64,000 bases of DNA from Dehalococcoidia bacterium (GTDB taxonomy: Bacteria; Chloroflexota; Dehalococcoidia; Lucifugimonadales; SHYF01), in assembly GCA_965248595.1 (NCBI GenBank), contig CBDFJM010000005.1, positions 66,400 to 130,399 of the forward strand. The letters run 5' to 3'. Below the pieces are notes generated by a model. That model made no database searches. It saw only the letters and a program-made list of their open reading frames with translations, and was not told the DNA's origin. The position numbers and the translations under genes are program-made. Within the stretch, counting starts at the first letter, position 1. Each line of letters opens with the position of its first letter. Positions 55,408 to 63,606 of this stretch are shown one piece after another.

Positions 55408-56022
55408 ATGACGCAGGACAGGCCAGCCATGGCGCAACGCGGGGATGCCAGATACACCTGGGATGATACCATCGCCGCCATAGGCCAGGACTTCTCTGGT
55501 GGCAAGGACCGCATAGCCCAGGAGACCATAGAAGCCACTTCCGTGGCCAGGTACTGCGAGGTTTGGGAAATAGGCAACCCGGTCTACTGGTACGAAGACG
55601 CGGCAAAGCAGGCTGGCTACCGAGGAGTGGTGGCTCCCTGGAGCAGCATCCAGCAGACCTTTACCTATAACTCTTTCTGGCGCCCTGGACAACCCTCGCG
55701 TTTTCCTGTGGGCACCGACATAAATGCCATGACCTCCAACGCCACACCACTTGGCGAAGAGGAACAAAGCGTCCCCACGCCGCCTACCACCCAGGGAATA
55801 GTAACCGACATACAAATCGAGTTCTTCGAACCTGTCTGCGTGGGCGACAAGATCATTACCCGAGGCAGCAAGCTGGTCAGCGTCAGGGTAAGGGAAACCC
55901 GCATCGGATATGGCGCATTCATGAACAGGGAGACCGAGTTCTACAACCAGAGCAACCAGCTTGTGGCACGAATGAATCGTGGGGGCTTCTCCTACAACGC
56001 GGGAGCGAAGGCCCCCAACTAG
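55408..56022 (+). CDS. MaoC_dehydratase_N-type hot-dog protein, array copy 2
   Basis: 204 aa, WEIGNPVYWYEDAAKQAGY, about three-quarters identical to copy 3 by hand alignment. AAGGAGGAAGG lies upstream. Confidence 0.8.
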   Translation: MTQDRPAMAQRGDARYTWDDTIAAIGQDFSGGKDRIAQETIEATSVARYCEVWEIGNPVYWYEDAAKQAGYRGVVAPWSSIQQTFTYNSFWRPGQPSRFPVGTDINAMTSNATPLGEEEQSVPTPPTTQGIVTDIQIEFFEPVCVGDKIITRGSKLVSVRVRETRIGYGAFMNRETEFYNQSNQLVARMNRGGFSYNAGAKAPN

Positions 56023-56088
56023 GGTGGTCCCGCAGAAAGAAGCTAGCTGGAATGGCCCATAGAGTGGGAGTATCTGGAGAGGGGTTAA

Positions 56089-56703
56089 ATGACACAGGAT
56101 AAGCCAGCCTTCACACAGCGCGGGGACGCCAGGTACACCTGGGATGATACCATCGCCGCCATAGGCAAGGACTTCTCTGGCGGCAAGGACCACGTAGCCC
56201 AGGAGACCATAGAAGCCACTTCCGTGTCCCGGTACTGTGAGGTGTGGGAAATGGGCAACCCCATCTACTGGTACGACGACTCGGCAAAGCAGGCTGGCTA
56301 CAGCGGAGTGGTGGTACCCTGGAGTAGCACTTACCAGACATTCACAAATAACTCCTTCTGGAGGCCCGGCCAGCCAAGCCGCTTCCCTGTCGGCACCGAC
56401 AAGAACCTTGCCACGGCCACAGCCGCACCACGTGAAGATGCAGAAGAGCCAGTGCCCATGCCCATAACTACTCAGGGCGTTGTCACTGACATACAACTCG
56501 AGTTCTTCGAACCACTAATAGTGGGCGACAAGCTTACCGCAAAGGGTAGCAAGCTAGCCAACGTCAGGGTCAGGGAAACCCGCATCGGCTATGGCGCGTT
56601 CATGAACCGGGAGACCGAATTCTACAACCAGCGTGGACAACTGGTGGCGCGAATAAATCGCGGAAGTTTTACCTACACCCCCGGGACGAAGGCCCCCAAC
56701 TAG
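56089..56703 (+). CDS. MaoC_dehydratase_N-type hot-dog protein, array copy 3
   Basis: 204 aa, WEMGNPIYWYDDSAKQAGY. Same block structure as the other copies. Confidence 0.8.
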   Translation: MTQDKPAFTQRGDARYTWDDTIAAIGKDFSGGKDHVAQETIEATSVSRYCEVWEMGNPIYWYDDSAKQAGYSGVVVPWSSTYQTFTNNSFWRPGQPSRFPVGTDKNLATATAAPREDAEEPVPMPITTQGVVTDIQLEFFEPLIVGDKLTAKGSKLANVRVRETRIGYGAFMNRETEFYNQRGQLVARINRGSFTYTPGTKAPN

Positions 56704-56773
56704 GATAGTCCCGCGGGCAGAGGAAGCTGACGACAAAGGCCAATTGAAATAGCGTAGCGGAAAGGATCAGATA

Positions 56774-57388
56774 ATGACACAGGAAAGACCGGCATCCACA
56801 CGAAGCGGCGACAACAAATACACCTGGGATGACACCATCGCCGCCATAGGCAAGGACTTCTCAGGCGGTAGAATAAAGGTGGCTTCGGAAACCATCGAGC
56901 CTAGCGCCTTAAGCCGGTATTGTGAGGTCTGGGAGATAGGCAATCCCATCTATTGGTACAAAGACGTGGCACAGCAGGCCGGCTACAAGGGCGTAGTGGC
57001 TCCCTGGAGCAGTATCCAGCAGACATTTACGTATAACTCCTTCTGGCGGCCCGGCCAGCCAACGCGCTTTCCTGTCGACACACATAAAGATGCCGCCACG
57101 TCCAACGCCACCATGCCGGATGAACGAGAAGAGCCTCTGCCCAAACCACCAACCAGTACAGGCATAGTCACGGACATACAGATTGAATTCTTTGAGCCTG
57201 TGTGCATTGGCGACAGCCTTACCGCAAAGGGCAGCAAGCTGGTCAACGTTAGAGTTCGGGAGACCCGCATCGGCTATGGCGCTTTCATGAACAGGGAAAA
57301 TGAGATCTTTAATCAACGTGGCGAGTTGGTGGCTCGGATGAACCGCGGAGGCTTTTCCTACAACCCAGGCGAGAAAGCCCCCAAATAA
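56774..57388 (+). CDS. MaoC_dehydratase_N-type hot-dog protein, array copy 4
   Basis: 204 aa, WEIGNPIYWYKDVAQQAGY. Same block structure as the other copies. Confidence 0.8.
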   Translation: MTQERPASTRSGDNKYTWDDTIAAIGKDFSGGRIKVASETIEPSALSRYCEVWEIGNPIYWYKDVAQQAGYKGVVAPWSSIQQTFTYNSFWRPGQPTRFPVDTHKDAATSNATMPDEREEPLPKPPTSTGIVTDIQIEFFEPVCIGDSLTAKGSKLVNVRVRETRIGYGAFMNRENEIFNQRGELVARMNRGGFSYNPGEKAPK

Positions 57389-57462
57389 TCAAGGTGGCTT
57401 AGCAGGAAGAACAAGCTGACCACAACGGCGATTAGAATCGAATCAGCAGGAAGGAGGTAAGA

Positions 57463-58062
57463 GTGACCCAAGAGAAACCAGCATTAATGCGCCGTGGGGA
57501 CCCCAAATACACCTGGGATGACACCATCGCCGCCATTGGCAAGGACTTCTCCGGCGGCAAGAAACGGGTGGCCCAGGAAACCATTGACACCACCGCAGTG
57601 AACAGGTATTGCGAGGTCTGGGAAATCGGCAACCCCATCTACTGGCATGGAGATGCAGCCAAGCAGGCCGGCTACAAGGGCGTGGTAGTCCCCTGGAGCT
57701 CCATCAAACAGACCTTCACATCTCGGGGGTTCTGGCGGCCTGGAGATCCCTCCCGCTTTCCGGCGGGCATTGATGTGAATGCCATGGCGGCCGGCGCTTT
57801 TGACGAGGACGAATCCGGGGAAGAGGTGCCCATGCCACCCATCACCCAGGTCATTGTGACGGACGTGCAGATCGAGTTCTTCGAACCTGCATGCGTTGGC
57901 GACAAGCTGACCACCCAGGGGAACAGGCTGGCAAACGTTAGGCCAAGGAAGACGCGCATCGGCGTCGGGGCCTTCATAAACAATGAGAGCGAGATACACA
58001 ATCAGCGAGGTGAGCTGGTTGCACGGGTCAACCAGGGCATATACTCTTACAACCCTGAGTAG
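57463..58062 (+). CDS. MaoC_dehydratase_N-type hot-dog protein, array copy 5
   Basis: 199 aa, GTG start after GGAAGGAGG, WEIGNPIYWHGDAAKQAGY. Same block structure as the other copies. Confidence 0.8.
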   Translation: MTQEKPALMRRGDPKYTWDDTIAAIGKDFSGGKKRVAQETIDTTAVNRYCEVWEIGNPIYWHGDAAKQAGYKGVVVPWSSIKQTFTSRGFWRPGDPSRFPAGIDVNAMAAGAFDEDESGEEVPMPPITQVIVTDVQIEFFEPACVGDKLTTQGNRLANVRPRKTRIGVGAFINNESEIHNQRGELVARVNQGIYSYNPE

Positions 58063-58144
58063 CGGTCACCACTACAAAGGTCTATACTCTAGATTCCAGC
58101 AACAACAGGAACCAAGGAAACGAAGCTAAGTTAAGGAGGCGCAC

Positions 58145-58639
58145 ATGGCAACTAGCAATAGGACCGAGACACCGCAGGTTTATTGGGAGGACGTAAAAGA
58201 GGGAGATGAAATACCCGGGGTTGACTTCAACCTCACCGTCCAGCGTATGGTCATGTCGGCTGGGTCCAACCGGGACTTTGCCACCATCCACCACAACTCC
58301 ACTATGGGCAAGGCCGCCGGCTCCCCGGACATGTTCCTGAACAACGTCTCCTGCCTTCAATTGTGGGAGCGCGTGATTTCCGACTGGACTGGAGTTTACG
58401 GAAGGGTAAAGAAGGTCTCCTTCCGCATCACCCACTTCCATGCTGCTGGCGATATCGTGAAGACGCACGGTAAAGTCATCAAGACGTGGCAGGAGAACGG
58501 CCTCAACCTCGTCGAGCTAGAGCTGGTGAGCGAGACGCCCCGAATGCCGGGTATGACCGGTACAGCGGTCATAGCGCTACCCTCCAAGGCCAATCCCACT
58601 GCTACACCACGCTGGGACGCTCAAGGCGTCGCCGTCTAA
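58145..58639 (+). CDS. MaoC-like (R)-specific enoyl-CoA hydratase/dehydratase, putative catalytic subunit
   Basis: 164 aa hot-dog protein. AGSNRDFATIHHNSTMGKAAG keeps an Asp-x4-His dyad at the hydratase-2 motif position. AAGGAGG lies upstream. Confidence 0.75.
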   Translation: MATSNRTETPQVYWEDVKEGDEIPGVDFNLTVQRMVMSAGSNRDFATIHHNSTMGKAAGSPDMFLNNVSCLQLWERVISDWTGVYGRVKKVSFRITHFHAAGDIVKTHGKVIKTWQENGLNLVELELVSETPRMPGMTGTAVIALPSKANPTATPRWDAQGVAV

Positions 58640-58986
58640 GCAACGCAGCAAATAGCAGGCCAACCTGACCGGATACCGCGTTGGAACCCGGGACAGGTTG
58701 GCTTGCGTCCCGGCTTACACTTCGCTAACCCCACACAAACAAGTTGCTAAAGCTCTGTGGCACGCTAGCCCGTCCAGCCAGCAGGTCTCGTTAGCAGGCA
58801 AGGAAACGAACACAGAGGCGTTGAAAACCAGTATACTGAAGAGTATAGGCAGTCCCGCAGTGAGGTGCTGGCCCCTCGCATAGGCCTCAGCCGCACCAGG
58901 GAGCGAGCAGCCCCCACTCCCATGACAACGGGGAGCCAGGGTGCTCACCAGTAGATCAAAAGAGGTAGGGATTTACCCCACAGAAT

Positions 58987-59403
58987 ATGACAGCAAGGAA
59001 TATCGAAGGAACAACCAACCCCAGGCGACTGATCAGCTTTGACATAGACGGGACAATGGAGTTCGGCGACCCTCCAGGAATAGTGACTGCTCAATGGGTG
59101 AAGCTCGCCAAAGAGCAAGGGACCCTGGTGGGCAGCGCCTCAGACCGCCCTCTGGCCGAACAACGGAGAGTGTGGGCCCAGACAGGCATAGAGTTAGACT
59201 TCGTAATCCTCAAACATTGGATGCTGGAGCTAAGGACAACCTTCCAAGCGGACGAGTACTGGCACGTCGGCGACGGCCAGATGGACGAGCTCTTCGCCCG
59301 GCAGGCAGGGTTTACGTTCTTCATTGCCAACACCTTTCCCCAGGACGTGCTTACCCACGTCAACGAACAGAACGGCTCTGGGCCATCGGTGCCAGAAGCC
59401 TAG
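58987..59403 (+). CDS. small HAD-superfamily phosphatase-like protein
   Basis: LISFDIDGTM (DxDxT motif), GSASDR and HVGDGQMD. 138 aa. Confidence 0.6.
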   Translation: MTARNIEGTTNPRRLISFDIDGTMEFGDPPGIVTAQWVKLAKEQGTLVGSASDRPLAEQRRVWAQTGIELDFVILKHWMLELRTTFQADEYWHVGDGQMDELFARQAGFTFFIANTFPQDVLTHVNEQNGSGPSVPEA

Positions 59404-59456
59404 ACGGCCCGCTCCCTTGCGGGGTGGGAGGAGTGCATAGGCCCGTGTAGCCGTTT

Positions 59457-60161
59457 CTACCACCACTGCTCCGTCCTGATGCGGGTGGGGTCTACTCCCA
59501 AACCAGCCAGCGCGTCTGAGATATCCTCCAGCATGAGATTTGGCCCGCATAGATAGAAGAGCGCCTCTTCCCCCGGCATACACTCCTTCAGCATAGCCCG
59601 GTCAATCCGCCCGCCACGGCCTTGCCAGGGCTCACTGTGGGGCTGTGTCACAGTAAAGACGCACCGTATACGCGGATTGCGGTCAGCCATCTCTCTCAAT
59701 GCCTGGAAGAACAACATTTCCGATGGGGCCTTGGAGCTGTAGAGAAGGGTGGCCTCTACATCGGGGTGCGCCTCGTCCACGTACCTTAGAATGCTCATGA
59801 GTGGGGTTATGCCAATCCCCCCGGCAATGAGCACCAGCCTACTGCCCATATCCCTCTCGTAGTAGAAGTCCCCGGACCCGCCTTCGATAACGAAGGAGTC
59901 CCCTTCTCTTGCCCGCTCATGCAGGTAGACCGATGGCACACCGAACGATATCTTTTTCACGGCTATCTCAATGCTGCCCCGCTGAACAGGAGAGGATGTG
60001 ATGGAGAACCCACCGACCTGCATAGACCCGCCAGTGTCTATGTAGAAGTCTATCCACTGACCCGGCAGGAAGGAGAAGTCAGCACCCCCCAGGTCCAGCA
60101 GAAAGGTCTTGACCGATGGGGTTTCCTGAACGATTCTGGCGATAGTGGCGCGTATTTTCAT
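59457..60161 (-). CDS. ferredoxin-NADP reductase-type FAD/NAD(P)-binding oxidoreductase
   Basis: GQWIDF...GGFSITSSP (RxYS-like FAD motif) and LVLIAGGIGITPLMSIL (NAD(P) motif). C-terminal ...LCGP.... Confidence 0.75.
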   Translation of the reverse strand: MKIRATIARIVQETPSVKTFLLDLGGADFSFLPGQWIDFYIDTGGSMQVGGFSITSSPVQRGSIEIAVKKISFGVPSVYLHERAREGDSFVIEGGSGDFYYERDMGSRLVLIAGGIGITPLMSILRYVDEAHPDVEATLLYSSKAPSEMLFFQALREMADRNPRIRCVFTVTQPHSEPWQGRGGRIDRAMLKECMPGEEALFYLCGPNLMLEDISDALAGLGVDPTRIRTEQWW

Positions 60162-60275
60162 AATCGAAACTAAAATGTGGGCGATTGCCCCGCCGTAGCG
60201 AGATTCGTTGGTATGGTCGCGCTATCGGCTCGCTACTCAGGCGGGATAGAGTATGGGCACGGCATTTTGGGAGGG

Positions 60276-61154
60276 CTAAGAAACCCGTTTTGCTTTCTCG
60301 ACCAACAGAAGAATACCAGCCACGCACGTCGTGAGTACGAATTCGGCATCTGACGCTTCTATTTTGGGCTTCCCAGCAACCATTGCGTGGCCCGCCCCCG
60401 AAGCATCTCCCCTATAGCTTTCTACCTTCAGGAGCGCGTCTCTCAAGGTCGAATGGACCGCAGACCTAAATGGCTCCGCAGTGAGAATCTTTTGCAAAGA
60501 TGCGTTTGGGTCTTTTACTAGGGTTCTTCCCGTCCCTTCCAAAGCACCGACCGCATCCTTTACGGAGTTTTCAACATCTGGCACGAGACGTTCATCTAGT
60601 GCGCGCAGTGCTTTCGTTAGTTGGGCTCTTGGCTCTTCAAACCCCTCCGCATGAAGAACCTCTAGCCCCTTTTCAATAATCTCGGCGACAGGCTCTGGCC
60701 TGCGCCGTTGAATCTCATTGCCAACAAGAACCCATTGGAGACCGTGTTCTAGAAATAGCTCGTTGACATTATATTCAAAGTCGTCCCTGGCTGAGGGAAG
60801 TGTCTCAGAGATGACCTCGGAGACAGCCCAAACGATGTCAAAGAAAACATTCCAGGGGCACTCGGCTAAGATTCTATCAAGTTCATCGTAAATCTCGAAG
60901 GGGAATTCGCTAGTGACGTCTGAGTACCGGTACCCGCGTTGCACGGACGGGCGTGTGAATAAGTGTTGGTACACCGTTCGTGGGAGCATGCTTTCATTGT
61001 ATCTGCCGTGGCTCAGCGTAGAAGCGTTGGCAGCTATATTGTTTACAATTGCGACTAGACCTGTCCTTACCTCTGTAGGAACCACATCAAGTTCCATTTC
61101 TGCAGGTCGTGGTGCAGCGCCAAATCGCTCCGTGAAACCATCTTTTCTCAGCAT
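60276..61154 (-). CDS. AbiJ-N-terminal-domain / HEPN-like (Abi_C-type) protein, putative abortive-infection module
   Basis: GFTERFGAAP...VRTGL resembles the FSeR.Gy.P start of AbiJ_NTD proteins. The central NELFLEHGLQWVLVGNEI and C-terminal VKDAVGALEGTG...SYRGDASGAGHAM...SDAEFVLTTCVAGILLL follow the SIKESISAVE...GIRHa...dA.f.l..c pattern. More AT-rich than the neighbours by eye. Confidence 0.5.
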   Translation of the reverse strand: MLRKDGFTERFGAAPRPAEMELDVVPTEVRTGLVAIVNNIAANASTLSHGRYNESMLPRTVYQHLFTRPSVQRGYRYSDVTSEFPFEIYDELDRILAECPWNVFFDIVWAVSEVISETLPSARDDFEYNVNELFLEHGLQWVLVGNEIQRRRPEPVAEIIEKGLEVLHAEGFEEPRAQLTKALRALDERLVPDVENSVKDAVGALEGTGRTLVKDPNASLQKILTAEPFRSAVHSTLRDALLKVESYRGDASGAGHAMVAGKPKIEASDAEFVLTTCVAGILLLVEKAKRVS

Positions 61155-61160
61155 GACTCC

Positions 61161-61232
61161 CTAAAACTGCCTCAAAAAACGGACGTCTTTGGCGTAGAAC
61201 AGGCGGATGTCTTCGATGCCGTACTTCAGCAT
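61161..61232 (-). pseudogene. orphan duplicate of the last 23 codons plus stop of pheS
   Basis: Encodes MLKYGIEDIRLFYAKDVRFLRQF*, against MLKYGIEDIRLFYANDVRFLRQF* at the real pheS end (62392..62463). 10 of 72 nt differ, 9 of them synonymous. The first 20 nt are identical. Confidence 0.85.
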
Positions 61233-61396
61233 TGACTTACACGTAGCTGCGTAGCTAGGACATGGGTACTTTTACGGAGCCTCCGCAAGGGATGTCTGCA
61301 AAGCAGCATTATAGCCGCTGCTGCGAGTTTAATCAGCAGGGGGGGATGATGGCGAAAGGTAGCGAGTAGAAACTCTGGAGCAACCCCTTGCCTCCC

Positions 61397-62379
61397 CTAC
61401 AGCTCGTACCGCGTGCCCACGCTGTTCTGGATGAAGGCGTCTGGGAGGATAGCCGCCAGGTTGTGGACGGCGCGCCAACCGGTGCAATGGGCAGGCACGA
61501 TGAACTGCGGTGCCACCTCTACCAGGGCCTCGCAAGTCTCAGGGATTATGGCTTCGAAGGCGGCGCCACTCAGGTGGAACCCGCCAACTATAGCGTACAC
61601 CTGGTCTACCCCGGTAACCTTCCTAGCGTAGCGCACGATGTTGATGATGCCCGCGTGGCCACACCCAGTTAGCACCACCAGGCCCTTGCCCTGGACGCTT
61701 ATCACCAACGCCTGGTCGTCCAGGATGAGAGGGTCCGGCTGCCAGCTTCCGTCGCGAAAGGCCTGATGCACAGGGAACCCCCGCTCAAACTCCGTGGTCC
61801 TGTCCACCGCTCCAGTCACCAGAATGGAGTTGTCCAGCAGGAAGGAAGGCTGCTTCTCTTCGATGATCTCGAAGCCGGCTCCAAGGAGGGCCGACTTGCT
61901 GGTGGAAGGCAACTCAAAGGGCTCGCGGCCCGGGATGGCGATGCGGCGGCGGCTCCAGAACTCCGGGTGGATGGTCACCGGCAAGTTGGCGCGGCCGAGG
62001 GTGCGCACCAGCCCATCCATGCCTACCGTGTGATCGAAATGGCCGTGGCTCAGGACTATGGCCTCGATGTCCTTGGGCGACAGGCTCAGCCGCCGCATGT
62101 TCTCAGACACGCCGTCTGGAGTCACGCCGGCGTCGAAAAGGAGGCGATGTTCTTTGCCGTCCTTGGTGACGCTGACGAGCGCGGAGAAGCCGTGCTCCGC
62201 CAGCAGCGTGTCGGGGACTTTGCCACCCGCCATGAATTTGGATGGTCTGCTTGGTACTCCAGAGCCGACCAAGCTGGGGCGCTTGGCTGGCCCTGGTCCT
62301 GGAGCAGCATGTCGGAGACGTTATCGACAAGTGTGGTAATTACCAAGGAGTCAACAGGCTTGAGGGGGACAATAGGCAA
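61397..62379 (-). pseudogene. MBL-fold metallo-hydrolase (COG1237-like), frameshifted near 62235-62290
   Basis: Main ORF 61397..62272 has LLAEHGFSALV and VLSHGHFDH. The expected N-terminal strand PLKPVDSLVITTLVDNVSD is in ORF 62122..62379, in a different frame. Confidence 0.7.
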
Positions 62380-62391
62380 GTGGGTATCCCC

Positions 62392-63450
62392 CTAGAACTG
62401 CCTCAGGAATCGCACGTCGTTGGCATAGAAGAGGCGTATGTCCTCGATGCCGTACTTCAGCATGGCGATGCGCTCCACCCCAATGCCAAAGGCGAAGCCT
62501 GTGTACACCGATGGGTCGTAGCCCACACCTTCCAGAACTCGAGGGTGCACCATGCCCGCGCCCATGATCTCTATCCAGCCGGTGTCCTTGCAGATGCGAC
62601 ACCCCTGTCCGTTGCAGGCGAAACAGTCTATGGCCATTTCCGCGCCTGGTTCCACGAAGGGGAAGAAGTCACACCTGAACCGCACCTTGCGGTCAACGCC
62701 AAACATGCGCCTGGCAAACTCGTAAAGCGTGCCCTTCATGTCGGCGAATGTAATGTGCTCGTCCACGGCCAGCCCCTCCACCTGGGTGAAATGCCACTCG
62801 TGGGTAGCATCGCTGGCCTCGTACCTATATACCCTGCCGGGGACTACTATTCGCACTGGCGGCTTCGTTTGCTCCATCACGCGGGCCTGCATGGGCGAAG
62901 TGTGCGTGCGTAACAGCATCCGGCGCCGCTGGGGAGTGGGGTCCGTCCAGTCCACCCACAACGTATCCCACATGTCCCTGGCCGGGTGGTCTCTGGGTAT
63001 ATTCAGGGCGTCGAAGTTGTAGTGTTCCCACTCCACCTCCGGCCCATCCAGCACGTCGAAGCCCATGGAGACGAAGGCTGCGCATATCTCCCGCACCATC
63101 TGCGTTGTAGGATGCAGCCCGCCTCTCGCCACCGGACGTCCTGGAAGGGTGACGTCTATACGGCCCTCTTGTAGAAGACGAGATGTCTCCTGATCTTTCA
63201 GGGCCTGCTGTCGTTGCTCAAGGAGTTGCTCCAGTTGCGCTTTGGCCCGGTTGGCCTCAGCCCCCACGCGACGCCGCTCCTCCAGGCCAAGGGAGGCCAG
63301 GTTACGGAGCAGGAGGGTCAGGCGTCCGTGGCGGCCCAGGTAGCTGACGCGCCACGACTCCAACGCCTCCGCGGTTGAGGAGCGCTCCAACTCGATCCTG
63401 GCGTCTCGCAGGACGCCTTCCAGGTCTCCTTGCGGCGGTTGTTCTGCCAT
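62392..63450 (-). CDS. pheS: phenylalanine--tRNA ligase alpha subunit
   Basis: Full-length PheS with HPARDMWDT, LLRTHTSP, FRCDFFPFVEPG and GFAFGIGVERIAMLKYGI. Confidence 0.95.
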   Translation of the reverse strand: MAEQPPQGDLEGVLRDARIELERSSTAEALESWRVSYLGRHGRLTLLLRNLASLGLEERRRVGAEANRAKAQLEQLLEQRQQALKDQETSRLLQEGRIDVTLPGRPVARGGLHPTTQMVREICAAFVSMGFDVLDGPEVEWEHYNFDALNIPRDHPARDMWDTLWVDWTDPTPQRRRMLLRTHTSPMQARVMEQTKPPVRIVVPGRVYRYEASDATHEWHFTQVEGLAVDEHITFADMKGTLYEFARRMFGVDRKVRFRCDFFPFVEPGAEMAIDCFACNGQGCRICKDTGWIEIMGAGMVHPRVLEGVGYDPSVYTGFAFGIGVERIAMLKYGIEDIRLFYANDVRFLRQF

Positions 63451-63487
63451 GCTTTACTCGTGCCCCAATAAGTAGTGAATGGCTAGC

Positions 63488-63516
63488 ATTGTAGCTATGG
63501 TGGGGGAATGGGTCAA
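63488..63516 (-). promoter_or_regulatory. sigma70-like promoter for pheS
   Basis: On the minus strand: TTGACC (63516..63511), a 17-nt spacer, then TACAAT (63493..63488). About 40 nt upstream of the start codon. Confidence 0.5.
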
Positions 63517-63543
63517 GGGAGCGCGGAGCGTGGCTTCCTCCGA

Positions 63544-63573
63544 TTGACGCTACCGCTCCGTAGCTGATAGATT
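63544..63573 (+). promoter_or_regulatory. candidate promoter of the FBP aldolase/phosphatase remnant
   Basis: TTGACG (63544..63549), an 18-nt spacer, then TAGATT (63568..63573). AAAGGAGG lies before ATG 63607. Confidence 0.4.
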
Positions 63574-63606
63574 AGCTCCGACACATAAGAGTAAAGGAGG
63601 GGCATC

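Noticed and set aside
54709-56496. 595-aa ORF on the minus strand spanning array copies 1-3 and their spacers
   Set aside because: It is antisense to three well-supported, RBS-preceded paralogous genes and has no RBS of its own. Its sequence is low-complexity and Gly/Pro/Arg-rich, as is typical of shadow ORFs opposite GC3-rich genes. Its internal repetition simply mirrors the sense-strand repeats.
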